A stretch of DNA of 64,000 nucleotides from Geosiphon pyriformis uo1 (Eukaryota; Fungi; Glomeromycota). The notes under the pieces are model-generated. The model searched no databases, was not told the origin of the DNA, and was given only the letters and a program-made list of their open reading frames with translations. The stretch is taken from positions 124,001 to 188,000 of the forward strand of contig JAAOMT010000697.1 in assembly GCA_016748015.1 (NCBI GenBank). The letters run 5' to 3'. This document shows, one piece after another, positions 1 through 14,660 of the stretch; position 1 is the first letter of the stretch; each line of letters starts with the position of its first letter. The position numbers and the translations under genes are program-made.

Positions 1-531
1 ATTTATTTTTGTGGCTTAGTTCTTCAAAAGATATAAAACAAAACCAATTTGCTTCTAAAACATTCCATCTGCTTTTCTGTAACGGGCGTTACGATCTAGT
101 TGTCGCGTGGGTATGGAGATATAAAAAATTTTCTTCGGAAAAATAGTTGATCTAACTTGATCGATATATAATAATCAGACTTTGTGTAAGTTCTTTTTGT
201 TTGATGATATTAAATAAATAACATCTAATTCACCCCATGAAAGCGGAAAAGAAACGCGTAAATCGGTAACTTGACATGCCAACAGACCACCTGTAACATG
301 TTAAAAAGTATTTTTCCATATGATAAAATTCCATTTAAGTTAATTTAACAGATGCATTTTTGATGCTTAGAGCTACCGTATCAGGTAGAATTCAAGTTTG
401 AAAGGCGGTTGCATATAGATACCCCGGGGTACTAATGGCAGGGCTCAGCAATATTTTTTTCTGTTTCCTAGTCCCTGCTCCGTCAAATTTTTTACTCTGA
501 AAATTTGTGAAGTCAGAAGACAGAAGCAGAA

Positions 532-3027
532 ATGAATAGAGACCAAAATTCGTCACCTCTCCCTTCCGTGAATCCTATATTGAAAGATGTAGTTAATGAA
601 GCCCAAAAATCCAAAGTCGTCACTCCCTCTGATAAAGCTACTACATTTCTTTCCAAGGGTTCTGTAAGGGAACGACTTCATCAAATTCAAGAGAAAATGA
701 TAGCTAAGTCTAGAGCAAAATCTCATGGCATGAAAGGCAAAGCAGTAAAAACCATTCCAAAAGAATGGTGGAATACCGTTGACGCCGAATGGATAGTAAG
801 CAATGCTAAAAAGTGGCAACGAGATTATACACCAGATGCCCCGAAGAAAACTTGCAAGGAAAGCGAAAAATCAAGTTTAAGACAAAGGAACGAGATTTTT
901 GCTAAAAGTTCGGGGTCTCACCGTCCCCTCTGTCAATATCCTCGTCACTCCTTGTCGAAATACGAACGACATTCGATTCAGAGAACACAAGATACAACAC
1001 AAAGACCAGGTGTTGGCGGAAAGACCATTGCAACAGTGGAAAAGGCGTTACTAGGTATGCTTTTATGGTCGCATTTTGAGACTTTGCCAAGCACCCGATT
1101 TATGGAATTAAATTTTCATTTTTAATAGGTGATCGTCGGTTTTTATGTTATGGGTGTGGCAAAGCCTACAAAGCTAAAAACGGATTGACATATCACCAAA
1201 CTCGCTGTAAAATGCTGAATGTAAGGTTTCTCCTTTAATTTTTTAACGGGTCAAATAATTATATAGAAAGAAGTGAAAAATATTCTACTTGATTCAATCA
1301 CAATTAATTTTTATAACAGAGAACTTTAACAAAGGGAAAGTTTGCCCGAAAACCCCTCCAAAGAGACGATCTCGTAGATTGTTTATGTGGGACTGAAGAT
1401 GATGGGGGAGAAATGGTTCAATGCGATCATTGCCGAGGATGGTTACATTTAGATTGTATCAGATTAACAAGCGACGAGCTACCAGATGATTATTATTGTC
1501 CACGGTGTGTTTGGTCATATGATTCTAATATCAAATCGAAACACGATTCGAATACTAGAAAGGAAAAAGTGAAAGAAAAAGAGGTTGAACGACAACAAAA
1601 CAAATTGGGCAAAGGAAAACATAAGAACCAGGTAGATGTTCCGGTGAAACGAGAAAAGTATAAAGACAATTTCATATATACGAAACAGAATTATAAAAAC
1701 ATAGAAAGCCAAAATTATACCGCACCCATTATACATCCAGGGAATTTGCTTAATAAGATTGAAAAAAATGTGGGAATACAACCTTTGGAAAATGATTTAA
1801 TCTCAGAACCTCGCGATATGCTACCGACAAATATAGAATTTGGACATCGTGATTACTTCAGGGCTGCAAAATTTGACACAACTGATGAAGAGGGAACTGT
1901 GACGCAATCATCTGGGGATGAATTATCTGGAGGAGATTACGAGGAAATAGAAGAGAAGTGCTCTGAGAATGAGGACTTGAATAGTCTCAATTCAGATCAA
2001 AGTGACAATGAATCCACTCTGGACGAAGATGACGCAGAGTTCAGTTACCAATTAATAGACAATCTTATGGAATATACAATAAGTGATTACCAAGCCTATG
2101 ACCCTCAAAACCTCAATTTAACACAAGAGGATGAGGCTTCAAATCACTGGGAGGTGCCCTTGTATAAATTGGGAAGTTCTTGGGATGATGACGACGAAGA
2201 ATCTGAAGAGGAAGACGAACAAGTAGATCAAACCAATACGGACAAAAATTACAATACACCTCACCCAAAAATAGCCACGCCTTTATTACCACGCCTCCAC
2301 TTGGATTCCAAGTGCAGGTATGAAGGGTTTGAAGAGCTGAAGTCAGCCGAACATTTCACTCTACGGAGGGGAAATTCCGACGTGAGAGCAAAAGTAGATT
2401 CTTGGGTAAACGACAACAGAATTTACCATGAGGACGTTATGATGCCAGATTCAACACAAGACTCCATGGGATTTTTATGGGATCCAAGGATTTCGATACC
2501 AAATGTCACGTTTTGTTTAAATGATGATTTGTGCTCTCCTTTAGATTCACAACCACCATCTTTGGTATTCGATGATGAGGTGAATAATAATAATACGAGA
2601 AAATTCCTGATAAACATATGCAAAATTATTCACTTGGATTACTTGTATTTTGCCTTGATTAGAATGGTAGTAGCCCAACTTGTAGCGCAAGTTCAGCTAC
2701 CACAACCCCTGGTGCAGATTCAAACCCTGCTGCTTTTCTTTCCCAGTACATTGACTTTGATGGGTTGTTTGAGGAGACAACAAAGATGAATAACATTTTA
2801 ATTCCTTGTGGTGACAGCGAAATTGCTACAAAGATGGATTGGGCAGTCGCAAATCCTAAGTGTGAAAATCTAGTTGATCATTCTAACCAAAATTGGGAGG
2901 CAGATGACGGTATGCTCATTGAATTAGGTGTATCATAATGTTATAATGTCTTCTATATTTTATTCCTTATGTTAATTATTTTCTTAACTTAATAGGTATG
3001 ATGGAATTTTTGAACGTGGATGATTAG
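532..3027 (+). CDS. Zinc-finger (C2HC-like) plus PHD-finger chromatin protein, 5 exons (532-1054, 1129-1220, 1320-2579, 2663-2909, 2996-3027)
   Basis: Four GT..AG introns keep phase. Exon 2 encodes FLCYGCGKAYKAKNGLTYHQTRC. Exon 3 encodes a Cys4-His-Cys3 PHD (CLCGTEDDGGEMVQCDHCRGWLHLDCI...YYCPRC) followed by an acidic low-complexity tail. The model ends EFLNVDD-TAG at 3027. Confidence 0.85.
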
Positions 3028-4826
3028 ATTGCGGTATAATATGATAAGAATTTCTGGGGAAGCTGTCTTTATTTGGATTTTGTACATAGTATACATATGT
3101 TAAATGCCTGTCACAAAAAATTAACAAAAGTAATACTTGAAATGGTTACTGAAATTTCACCTACTAGTTTTTATTTCTCTATCTCATACCTTGAGCATTT
3201 CAACTTTTAACTACGAACTCACACTCAAAAACGAGTTTTAGCCCAGCTTTTTGTATCCTTTTCGGTTTCAGCGTTGTGTTGCATTCTGAGTTTAAACTTT
3301 GAAAAGACTCGGTGAAAACATATTGTGTCAATAAAACATATTAATGTCTGCAGGCCGAATATGTCGACTGTTAGGTGAAGAAAACAAAGTTTGTAACTGA
3401 AAAAGTTCCAACACACTAATAAAGATGTTCAATAAAACCTGATAATTGTAAGAATAAGACGATTATGCTCTTACATAAAATAAAATAGGCGAAATATAAG
3501 GTGTTTAGGAAATTATTTTAACGATAAATTCATTCAGGGTGATTTGGTTTTATAAAGGTTGGGTTATTGACGCGTGACGTAACCCGTTTTACCCAATGGA
3601 ATGGATAGAATCATAGTTGAAATCTTGAAGCTAATTCGTTTCCTTGACCTTTTTTAACAAAAGGTTAGTTGAAAGAAAATCAACCAAGACACAAAATTCA
3701 CTATATCCAGGTATTCTTCAACACATCCTACAAAAGGTTAATTTCAGTGAAGATACTGGATAAATTGACGAATGCCTATCGACCGCATAAGTCTCTGTCC
3801 GTGTTCTTTGCTGATTTGATTTTTTTTTAACTGCGGCAAGATACTATCCGAGAGAACAGTCGATATGTATCTTGCCGGCCAATTCGCTAAACCTCCTCAT
3901 GCTTTGTTTCTATGGTAAGGAATCTTTGTTTCTTCACACTGTGTTGATTCAAAAAAAAACATGAGCGTAGTAACTGTTCTGACATATAGTGATGAGAACA
4001 ATTCATGGGGAGACCACGAAAAAAAGCCACTTCGCTCAACCTTGGCAAGAAAAGGAAAAAATTGTGATTTTTGGTTCATCATAAGCTGGGTTTATTTTAC
4101 TCATTCTTCATCACAAAAATATTTTCATAACTTATGTTTTTCCATTCATTTGTAGGGCTGCAACCATGAGATAAGAATTAGGGAAAACTCGTGCCCTATT
4201 TACTTGAAAGCAAGTGGGTTCAATCCAATTCCAGTCATTGCTCAAGAGATCTTTATTTCATTTTTTCAAATCGCTAATATGCGGATCCGATTTACATTTT
4301 ATTAAAAGTGGAAGAATTATTTGCCATATGGGAATGGGGATCTGAGACCTTGTCCACATATGACATGGATGTTGAGGATGTTTTTGATGCACAGGGTGGG
4401 TACCAATTCTTTTTTGTATGATCTCTGAAATTGGTTTAAAAATCTTACTGATCTTGACTTGATATATGGGCAGACTCTTCTTGATAGAGTAAAAAGGTTG
4501 AGTGAGATTGCGGTGAAGAAGGCAAAACGATATCGGGGGTCATCAAAACAAATGGAGACAGTGACTTCCGAGGTTGCAAGCCTTGTAACAAAACCAACAC
4601 CGAAGCAGGATTTAGAAATAAAAGATTAACAGGACTAAAAATCACCGAGTTGAATCACCTAATTTTCTTGTCATTAAGCTTGGCTAAAATTTAGGCCAAA
4701 TTGGATTTCCGGATTGATTTATTGACATCAACTTTGTATAATTATTTAAATTCGAATATATGTTTAATAATTTCTAAAGAATTCCAAAATTTTGAATAAT
4801 CACAATTGGAAAGTTATGCCACATTG

Positions 4827-7800
4827 TTAACTTCTTGACCATATAAAACCACATAATCGATTTTGTACCGGTGGTTTCATGAGTCGCACAATATTCTGAA
4901 TTTGATGCATAAAGTCGGGATCCGAATCCAGAAGTGGCTTTACGTGATTTCTATACAGAAAAAATCAATTATACAGTCAAATTAAAGATAAAAAACAAAA
5001 ACACAAAGAAGTTATAGATGGATAAATATTTGAAATTCAGCATACAAAAAGTCGTAAATTTGTTCGAGTGCTTCTGTACTTTTTCCAACGGTTATCTCCT
5101 CCGTTCGCATATGTGACGTGACCTCATGTAATAGTTCCAGGATATGTAATAAGAACTAGATTTTAAAAATGTTAGTCAAGATCCGGAAGCCATAAATATC
5201 GTGTGTTCAGTTTGAGGACAAACCTGTTTTAAGACCAAAGGCGATTTATCCAATCGGTGCAAAACTGGTCCGACCAAAGCACACATATACAACACTTGAA
5301 TATCAGTCGTGATTCCACCATCTCCCCTTGCCATCAAATTAGTGAAAAGAACCTCCAGCATATCGGTGTTTGAGTAATGAAGCAGACTATGAATAAACGT
5401 AAGGAAACTATTGGGAACATTTGTCCCATAATTATAAAGGTTGAATAAGTAATCATTGAAAATATATGGGAACATCATTGTCTTATTTGGTTCAGATTCT
5501 GAAGAAAATGGATCTGAATTGAGTCCAACTGGTCTTAGCATATCTTCAAGACTCAAAGAAGCAAATAATGGTTGGAATGGTAATGGTTGAGGGGTTGAAT
5601 TAAAAGTCGATTGGGTTGGTGGTATTCGTGGATCTTTGAAAGATTGTCGTTCCTGAATATAAAAATGAACATAAATTAGAGATGAGATTAATCGAGAAAA
5701 GTCAATGGAAAGCATAATACCAAAGTACACGAAGAAGAGTTTTGCAAGAGGTTAGGATCAGTTTTGATGACGGTTATCAGTTCATTGAAAGCACCAAGAA
5801 GAAATATGTCAATTGGTAAGAAGGAGAATAATAAAGCGATCGCGTGGATAACAATAGGTTGAACGGCAACATTCTTTAAATCTCGGCCTAGCACCGTATT
5901 CAATGCAGCTGTAACTATGTGTTGAGGTTCAATCGGGGATGCTAAAATCTCGATACAGGCGATGTAAAGAGCTTGAACCACAGGATTAGCAATTTCACAA
6001 TAATGTCTTTCAGGTTGTTTAGGGTCGGATTTTGGCGCACATTTTTTCGGTGACATGTCTAAAAAATTTGAGTCCACAAGCGTTAAGACAAACATTTTGA
6101 ATTTCAAATTAAAAAATGCAAAAAGAGGAAAGTATAAATACAATCGGCGAGTTTATGAAAAACTCTGTGAAAATAATTTTCATCAAAAAGATTTTCGGGA
6201 AAATTCTCATCTTTTGCGTATTGCAATAGCTCGGGAGCAATATCATACTCATTTAAATCTGCGAATCACACATGAGAATTAGAATAAACATGTTTGAGAA
6301 ATTTCTAGTATCCTGAAAATTAGAACAGGAAATATTTTTTCTTTACCAAGCAGATGAACCAATTTTTTACTTATGACCGGATCCCGGATAGTTTCCGATT
6401 GGTAATAGTAATGGAACAAATCTCTGACATAAGAGAGTAAAGTTTGATGATAGGGATACAAGCATCCGTAATTATCGAGTAACTTTGCGAGTATCTCTTT
6501 TTCCTCGAGCTCGATCAGGCGACTGATCAAAAGATCAAGTATTGGAAGGGTTCTGGTGATCACATTAGAGTAATAAATCGGCATATGAATAGCAGAAGGC
6601 GGTTCCAAAATTTCTTTAACTGTTTCATATCCTTTCATGGCAAACGCCTCAAACTCAAAAAATTCCGGATACTGCTCCAAATATTTCATCAACTTTTCAT
6701 GATAATCGTCTTCGGCCCAATATCGATGGTTGAAATTTAAAGACATCAAGTGTTTGACGCGACTCGAAAAACCCTCCGATTGGAAAAGAAGATAATCCAA
6801 GAATCCAAGAGTGCTTTTGTGTTTTCCATGATCACAATCTCGATTACCTCGCATTAACGCGAATATAACGTGTTCGAATGCTAGTATCTGATATTTCCAA
6901 ATTAAATCTTCCAGCATCTTGTATAGCTAAATTTCATTTGTGTCATCAGTATTATAGTCGTAGTTGGAATTTTAGTCATACATCTTTTACTTACGATTTC
7001 ACCGTAGCCGCAGTGAAAATTTCAATCAACAACGATTTTACTTACAATGTCAATATCAGTCGAGCCGTAATCTTGGTCAATTACAAAATCAACCATCACG
7101 ATAGTGTATGTAGACATACGGGATGGTGAAAACTGTAGCAAAACTTTCCGTAAAGCTAAGTTTCGTCGTTCAGAAGAACATTAAGGAGGTTCTCACAAAA
7201 AGAAAAAATAAAGATCAATACATCTGGGAACGATAAAAAAGGATACGATTCATTAGGGAGGAATTAACCTTTTTATTTAGAATACAAAAAGTCCAAATAA
7301 TGCAAAGAAAAATGGGTTGATTTTCTAGTTGAGAATAATGTTCTATCAACAGGTCCTCTTCACTCTTTTCGAAAGCTTGTCCTTTTAATAATTTTTCCAA
7401 TATTCCACTTAAGCTTCCCTGTTTTATCAATTCAAAGACCTAGAAAATGATGAGATTAAGAAGAATCATGCACTTCTAAAAGTTCACACGAATCAACATT
7501 TGCGAACAATACCTTTGGAACATCGAATTCGGGTCCTGTTTCTACTTGTTGGCTAGCAAGATAAACTTGCATTGGTTCAGGGAAATATTCCAACGTGTCT
7601 CGGGACCATTGAAGAGGTTTCGGATATAAACTCTCCAAAACTCCCTGAATTAGGTCCAACGAAATATCGGAAAATCCTCTAAATTTTCCAAACTAATATA
7701 GCATCATTTGGTTGCCATTGATTTGCGCAAGAAAATGCCAATTAGTTTGCAAACCTAAACTTTATTAACCGGGAGATGGTCAATATCATGATTCTCGATA

Positions 7801-10800
7801 ACATTTCTGATTCGCCAAACCAAAAGGATTTGTCACGATTTGGGTCGGCAAGTGTTTTGATAAATTTGACATCAATTTGTAACGTCTGTAAGATTTTCAA
7901 AGTGGGTATAAATTGATGTTTCATAGAGATATCAATAAATCGAAAGTAGATGTTTACCATTGAATGGATGGCAAACATTTCTACACCACGATATATTTGT
8001 CGATGTCGAACGTACGATAGGGAATTTTTAACGAAGTTTAACATATTAGACGCCCTTGGTGAAAATTTCAGAAATCTCAGGAGTCGATAATTCAACAGTT
8101 CCAGAATAGTATGATGCCATCGGGTTGTATGCTCCTGTAATGCAGATCCATTCTCGGCTCTTTGTTTAAGCGAGTTATCAACTTTTCTCAATTTGTCGAA
8201 AATTTCAGAGATCATGAGCTGTAATCTAAAAGTCACAGAGAATTAGGCATCCATTTAAGAGAAATTTTGGAGAAAGGGCCTATTTGTGAACAAAATATCT
8301 ATGAAAGGATACTTACGACCATGGAGCTCCATAAATAATTTTGTAGACTACATCGATAATGTACGGAGAAACACAATTCAAATTTTTACCAGTATCTGAA
8401 TGAGACTTTGACCATGAATCGCCATCGTGCACCATCTTGTGAATGAGTTGGCCAAACCTGTGGAAAGTATGTAATTTAAAAAAAAATTCTAGGTCGTTAC
8501 CAGGACGGAGGGGAAATCAAAAGCTAAAATCTTTAATTGCCTGTTTTTTCCAAAGATATTAAGAAAATCCAACAATTTGTAACCGACATTTCCCCCTTTC
8601 AAAAATTTCGCATCTGGAAATGCTAGTTTCCCTATTTCGATCAATTTATCAGAGATCAGATATACGTATAAAGTATCGGCCACCGTAACTTTTTGGGCTT
8701 GGCTTAACACTGAGAGCTTGATGATTTCTTCGAGTGGTAGATTTCGGAAAAGATCATGATTGGTAACTTTGTCTGTGTATGACAACCAAAAGAATCGAGT
8801 ATAATCATTATATCATACAAGAGATGAGATTTAGTAATCACTCCAACCGGATCCAAATATGGGATTTCTTGCCTTTGTAGGTTTTGGGGTAATTTATTAG
8901 TAGCTGATGACATACGGGGGTATAATGTAATGCAGAGGCTAATTGTGGATGACGATATTTGAGGTTCCCTCTATCTTGAAGCGCTGGTTGTTGAAGACTC
9001 AACTTTTGAGAAAAAAAAACTCATTGATCAACAAACTCTTTGATATGGTCATTTATAAATGGAGTAACATACCGCACAAGGTAATGATAAATCACGTAAA
9101 TAAAAGGCGTCTTTTGATTTGATTTGATTCTCGTTATACAGCCCCACAAACATAGTAAACAGCCTTTCGTCGTTTTGAAGATCTGGGACAATGACCTTTG
9201 CTCCTATCGCGTCAATGTCTAATGGAACACAAGCGATGGATACTGAGCATTAGACGCGGGATTCATTGTTTACGCCCGAAACAGATTCCAATTAAAGAAA
9301 GGATACGCCAGAGTTGCAAAAGCAACCAAATCAATGTGTTATCTTTTTGCAAAATTGGATGAGAATCATCGTTATCGTCGTCTTCGTCATCACCAGGTTG
9401 AAGAAGTCGGACAAAGTCTATGAGAAGATCTTCATATTTTATAAAACTAGAAATAAATGAGTTTGAATCAAAAACTAAATTTGGTCGAGAAAACAGCGCG
9501 CATTTGCTCACTTACTCTGATGCGACTAAACTATATAATTGATCTGCCATTTCAATAACAAGCTCCCAAAAATCTAGATTCTCTGGAATTACCATATCTT
9601 CATGGGAGAGCATCTGATAGTCTAAAGATGATTGATATGGTTAACAGGAATAAAGGAAAGAATTCTCCAAGTAGAATCAAAATCAACATGAAGTAAAATC
9701 GTGTTTTATAAGACCAGAACCATGAACCTTTTCGTGGTTCAAAATTAGAATGTTGTTGCGTAAAGAGAACTACATCCTTAACTCGAGACACAATCGCTTT
9801 ATGTAGTGGTTTTAATAAATCGGTAATAGATTTTGCCTCGGCTAATGGTAATCTGTCATTAATAGATTTTAAATTTTCTATCATCTGTTTGACCTCTTCG
9901 ACCGGAGCATGTTGAAAGAACATGTCGCGAAAATTAGATGTGAGATTTGTTGCCTGTCCTTGTCGGACCAATTGTTCCTGAAGGAAAATCAAGTAAAAAT
10001 CAAGTTGATGATGAGAAATAAAAATAAGCGGAAGAATGAGATCTTACATATTCACATTCAAAAGGTCGATTTTTTGGTAATGAGGCTAGATGAATATATT
10101 CATGGGGATGACTGTGAACAAAAGATTCAGATTCAGATTCAGATTCTAACAAGAAGGCAAAGGGCGAGAAGGATATAAGGTCATTGATTCATACCTGTAA
10201 GCAGAGATCAGTGGCCATGATGCATCTGTAAAAGGATATTTAAATTTCAAAAATTAGGAATTCTCATATAAATTATTATTATTATTATTTTTCAAAATTT
10301 ATTGTTATACTTTCCAGGTGGCATCATTAAATAGGCAAGGTTCTGTCGACGTCTGCAAAGACCATCAATTAATTGCTCCATAGTCCAATGAACATTTTGA
10401 TAACGACCATTGACCAGCTTCTGATTGTCATATATGGCGGGTAACTAAGGGAGGTGGAAACTAGATTAATTTTCTTATGATCAAGAACAAAAATGAGAAA
10501 ATAATCAGATATAAGAAGGTGTTACCTGTTCAATAATTTGGTAATGAGATATTATGCTAACACCACTACAACAACGTCCAATCAAGAATGCATCGATCAA
10601 GTCGAGGCTTTTTTCAATACAATCAAATTCAATTGTAGAAAGTTGTTTGGGCAAAGAATTTGCCATCCTCAAAATCTGTTTGACCAAGTTAATGATCAAA
10701 TCAGGATTGACTTGGACGAAATCACTTTCATGTTCTCTCATAAGAATGAACAGAAAGTTGATGGTACCCATCCATAACGGCGGACAATCGATAATAAAAA

Positions 10801-11768
10801 GATTGGGAAAAAATCGAAGAATCTGTGATATAGTGACCTGAGGACGTTGTTGCACGGTTGCCTGAGATAAATCTTGGACATCCGTTTCAATGATCAGGGT
10901 AGCTGGCATAGGATTTTGAAGAATTAATCTTTTCAGTATAGAAAAGATGAATATTATTCGGGGCCATGAATTGGGATGTTGAACGAGTAATAGGAAAACT
11001 TTGTGTAAGACTGGTTCCTTATTCAGGGCAAAATAAGGAGATATATGATTAATATCAAGGGGTTTGAAATGAGGAGGAGGATACGGAGAAATTTCTATGG
11101 GAAATTAAGAATGTGTACCGTGTACCCGATCTCCATTGAAATTTGATTAAATTCCTTGATAAGATTATTGATGGTATCAGAATTTTCCAGATCCAAATCA
11201 GCAAATTCATTTTCTTTCCCAGCCACTATTATCTTTTTACGACGTTTAGTAGGTCGATCGAAAATACTGGTTCAAGGATAATTTTTCCAAAGATTAATTT
11301 GGAAAATTTTGCAATATTCAAATAATTTTTGATCATCTTTAAGATTTTGCAATTTCTTTTTAGAGGTTTTTATTGAAATCTTTTTTTTTTATTTTTCTTA
11401 TTTTTCCAAGATTATAAAAACGTACCCAAAATAAAAGCCATTTGTCGACGATAATCCAAATGACTTTTCCTGGAACCAATAAAATTGTTGAAAACATATC
11501 AAATTTAATCCTTCCCATTAAATAGAAATTGAATTAAGATCACATGAAAAAATTTCCACCATTACCACCCCCAAAAAATATAATCTAAATTCTGATCAAA
11601 TTTTGAAAGAGGAAAGGGGAAAAGGGAAAAGGGAAAAGGGAAAAGGGAAAAGGGAAAAGTGACAAGAAGAAGAAGCAACAAATCAAGGTTGAGTTTGTAT
11701 TTTACGGTTTTTTGGGACAAATTTTCAAAGTTACTCTCTCTCTTCTAAAGAGAGCCAAAAGTACAGGA

Positions 11769-11840
<72 letters not shown>

Positions 11841-12051
11841 AGCAAATATATAGACTAAATAAAAGTTAAAATGACACTGGTGAAATAATTCGAGTATTTT
11901 TCTCACACCTCTTGATATTTTTTTTCTTCTGCAGACAAGATAGCGGCGAGAGAGCGTTCAAAGTTTTCAGCAGACATATTATGGTATAAAGTAACGGAGA
12001 CAAAGAGGAATCAGATATATTAAAAACGAAGAGGGTACCATAATTAATGGA
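4827..12051 (-). CDS. MED23: Mediator of RNA polymerase II transcription subunit 23, many exons; 5' exons above ~11270 are tentative
   Basis: Exonic ORFs carry MED23-like blocks: DNTLIWLLLQ, GESEMLSRIMILTISR, YLEQYPEFF, MPIYYSNVITRTLPILDLLISRLIE, YCEIANPVVQALYIACIEILASP, and C-terminal MKPPVQNRLCGFI-stop at 4827-4829. Short phase-compatible exons can be traced at ~11120-11270, ~11425-11470 and ~11705-11745, with a possible ATG mini-exon near 12050. Confidence 0.85.
11615..11840. repeat. (GGGAAA)n and (GAAA)n purine microsatellites, probably in MED23 5' introns
   Basis: Visible tandem units at ~11615-11658 and ~11767-11840. Confidence 0.9.
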
Positions 12052-12822
12052 CCAAATTGATTGTGCCACTGCCCCAATTTAGGTCGAAAATTTTTGAAAA
12101 TCAAGGAGTAAATAAATTTCTTTTCATCGTTCTTTGATAAAAAAATTTGTTTTAAATAGTCATGAACGATGAATGATATCTGTAATATTTAACTAGAAAA
12201 AAGAAAAGATAAATTAAATTAAAACATAATTTTCATATTTTTATTGCACAAAAACTATATTTTGTAATTATTATTATTATTATTTTATTAATGATTTTAC
12301 TATTATTATTTTATTAGACAGTTTTTTTTGATTTTATCATTATTTTATTAATGATTTTATTATTATTTTATTATTGATTTTACTATTGATTTTATTATTG
12401 ATTCTGTTATTGATTTTGCTAAAACAGAAAGGGTTTAAACATGTGTATATATAATAGAAATAAACATAAAAAATATTTTAATAAATTTGAGATTTTTAAT
12501 TAAAGAATATTTTTAATTTTTTAATATATCAAGATGATTAAAAAAATAATTTTTTTTAAAAACACATTAAATAACAAATTGATTTAAAAAAAAAAAAACT
12601 CAAAGCCTTGGATTTTTGAAATTTTTTCAAGTAATTCTCTATTCTATTTAATTTAATCTTTTTTTTTTGGTAAAAAAAATTTTAATTCAAAAAATTGGGA
12701 TACAATCTTTTAATCTTAAAGATAATAGAAATATCAATATCAATAGCAATATCAATATCAATATCAATATCAATATCAATATCAATATCAATATAAAGAA
12801 TCATATAATAAAATTAATATAC

Positions 12823-12890
<68 letters not shown>

Positions 12891-12959
12891 CATCATCATC
12901 AACATCATCATCTTTTCAAAATTTATAATCAACAAGCTTCGTGATTTTCTTTTTCCACG

Positions 12960-14200
12960 TTTCTTAAATTGATAATCCTTTAAAAAACCATTTGACTCTG
13001 GGTATTTCAACCAAATCGTCATTTATAATGAACAATGGTGAAATGATCAAAATACATTCGGGAAAAAAAATGGCAAACAATTGAAAGTATGCCGAGGATT
13101 GTTTTTTTTTTCATACGAAAATGATGTAGCGTTAAAAAAGTGACATACAGGAGAAAAATTAATTAAATTTTTTTCTATTTTTTTTTTCCATTCACTTGTG
13201 AAAATTACATGACATGCTGTCCGTTATCTTGGATTTTTTTTCACTCATACTACACGAAGATCTAAACTTTGTTTAATTAATTGAAGGCATAATAATCAGC
13301 TGAAATGATCAAATATTTCGCGCGCGTGGTATTGGGATATTAAAAAAATATATTTAATTGAAAGAAAAATGATGTGGGTTATAATGAAATTAATATTTCC
13401 ATTGTTAAAAAAAAAAAAAAAAGGGTTCAAACACCATCATTCTAATACATTCTACGAAAAAAACACGTGATAGTTTGAACCAAAAATTTTTCCATGATAA
13501 TCATGAAATGAAATCATTATGCTTTTATTTTTATGTCATGATTTTTTAAACAATGAAAGCTATTGTGATAGATCATTTAATAAACGAATGATTTTCATGA
13601 CTTTTTTGAAATGCTTTTCATTCTAAAATTATTTTTTACAGGGGAAATTTTTTTTTTTTTTTTTGGGAACATCAGCATGAAACTTTCCTTTATAGTTTAT
13701 GATCTGATCTGAAATGTTTTTTAACTCCGTCAATTTATCCTAAAGAAGAAACTTTATCATTTAAATTAAAAAATTGATCTGATAGTTGGATATTTAATTT
13801 ATCTCGATCTGGTAGAATGTGTAGAATGTGTAGAATGTGTAGAATATCAAGCAATAATTCGCTGATGCCTGCATCATACATGCGCACTATTATTATGGAA
13901 ATTATCAGTATTATCATCATCTCGATGAACATAATTTACACATGTTATTTTTATTATACTAACCCCAACTAAAAATTCTGAAAAAATTCTGAGAATCTCG
14001 AATTGGTAAAGTTTTTAAACTTGGAAAAGTTCAGGATATAAAGCGGTGTAACGTATAACGAAAAATTTTTCTAGGTAAATCGAAAAGAAAAATGGGGAAC
14101 TTTGAAATACATTATATGGAAATTGAAGATGGAGATTTGAATTTAGCGATTAAAAAAGAATCCTTTCAATCTGTCGGATCATGCTTTGATTATTGATTCA
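12960..14200 (+). repeat. Left arm of an old, diverged inverted duplication flanking creA
   Basis: Collinear blocks reverse-complementary to 24300-25620: 13076-13086/25533-25543, 13290-13306/25382-25398, 13548-13568/25164-25184, 13729-13741/24871-24883, 13849-13870/24774-24795. Confidence 0.75.
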
Positions 14201-14236
14201 AGTTTATAATTCGAATATTTTTGTTAGTACTATTAC

Positions 14237-14271
<35 letters not shown>

Positions 14272-14321
14272 TTTACTATTATTATTTACTATTATTATTT
14301 ATTATTTACTATTATTATTAC

Positions 14322-14358
<37 letters not shown>

Positions 14359-14608
14359 TACTATTATTATTATTACTATTATTCTTATTACTATTATTCT
14401 TATTACTATTATTATTATTAAAAAATCCTCGTATTTACCCGATATATAAAATTTAATATAATTTATTAACATGATTTTTTAAAAACAAGTTTTTAATTAC
14501 CGCAAGGTTTTTGTATGCCCCCAAAAAAATTTCTAAAATTTTAAATTCGTCAAACAGTCGGGTAATTAAAAAGGTTGATCCACCACCAACACTAACACTA
14601 ACACTAAC

Positions 14609-14660
<52 letters not shown>

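Noticed and set aside
2580-2789. C-terminus of the 458-aa ORF (VNNNNTRKFL...)
   Set aside because: It is read-through of an intron (GTGAAT 2580 to TTAG 2662). The spliced frame continues differently.
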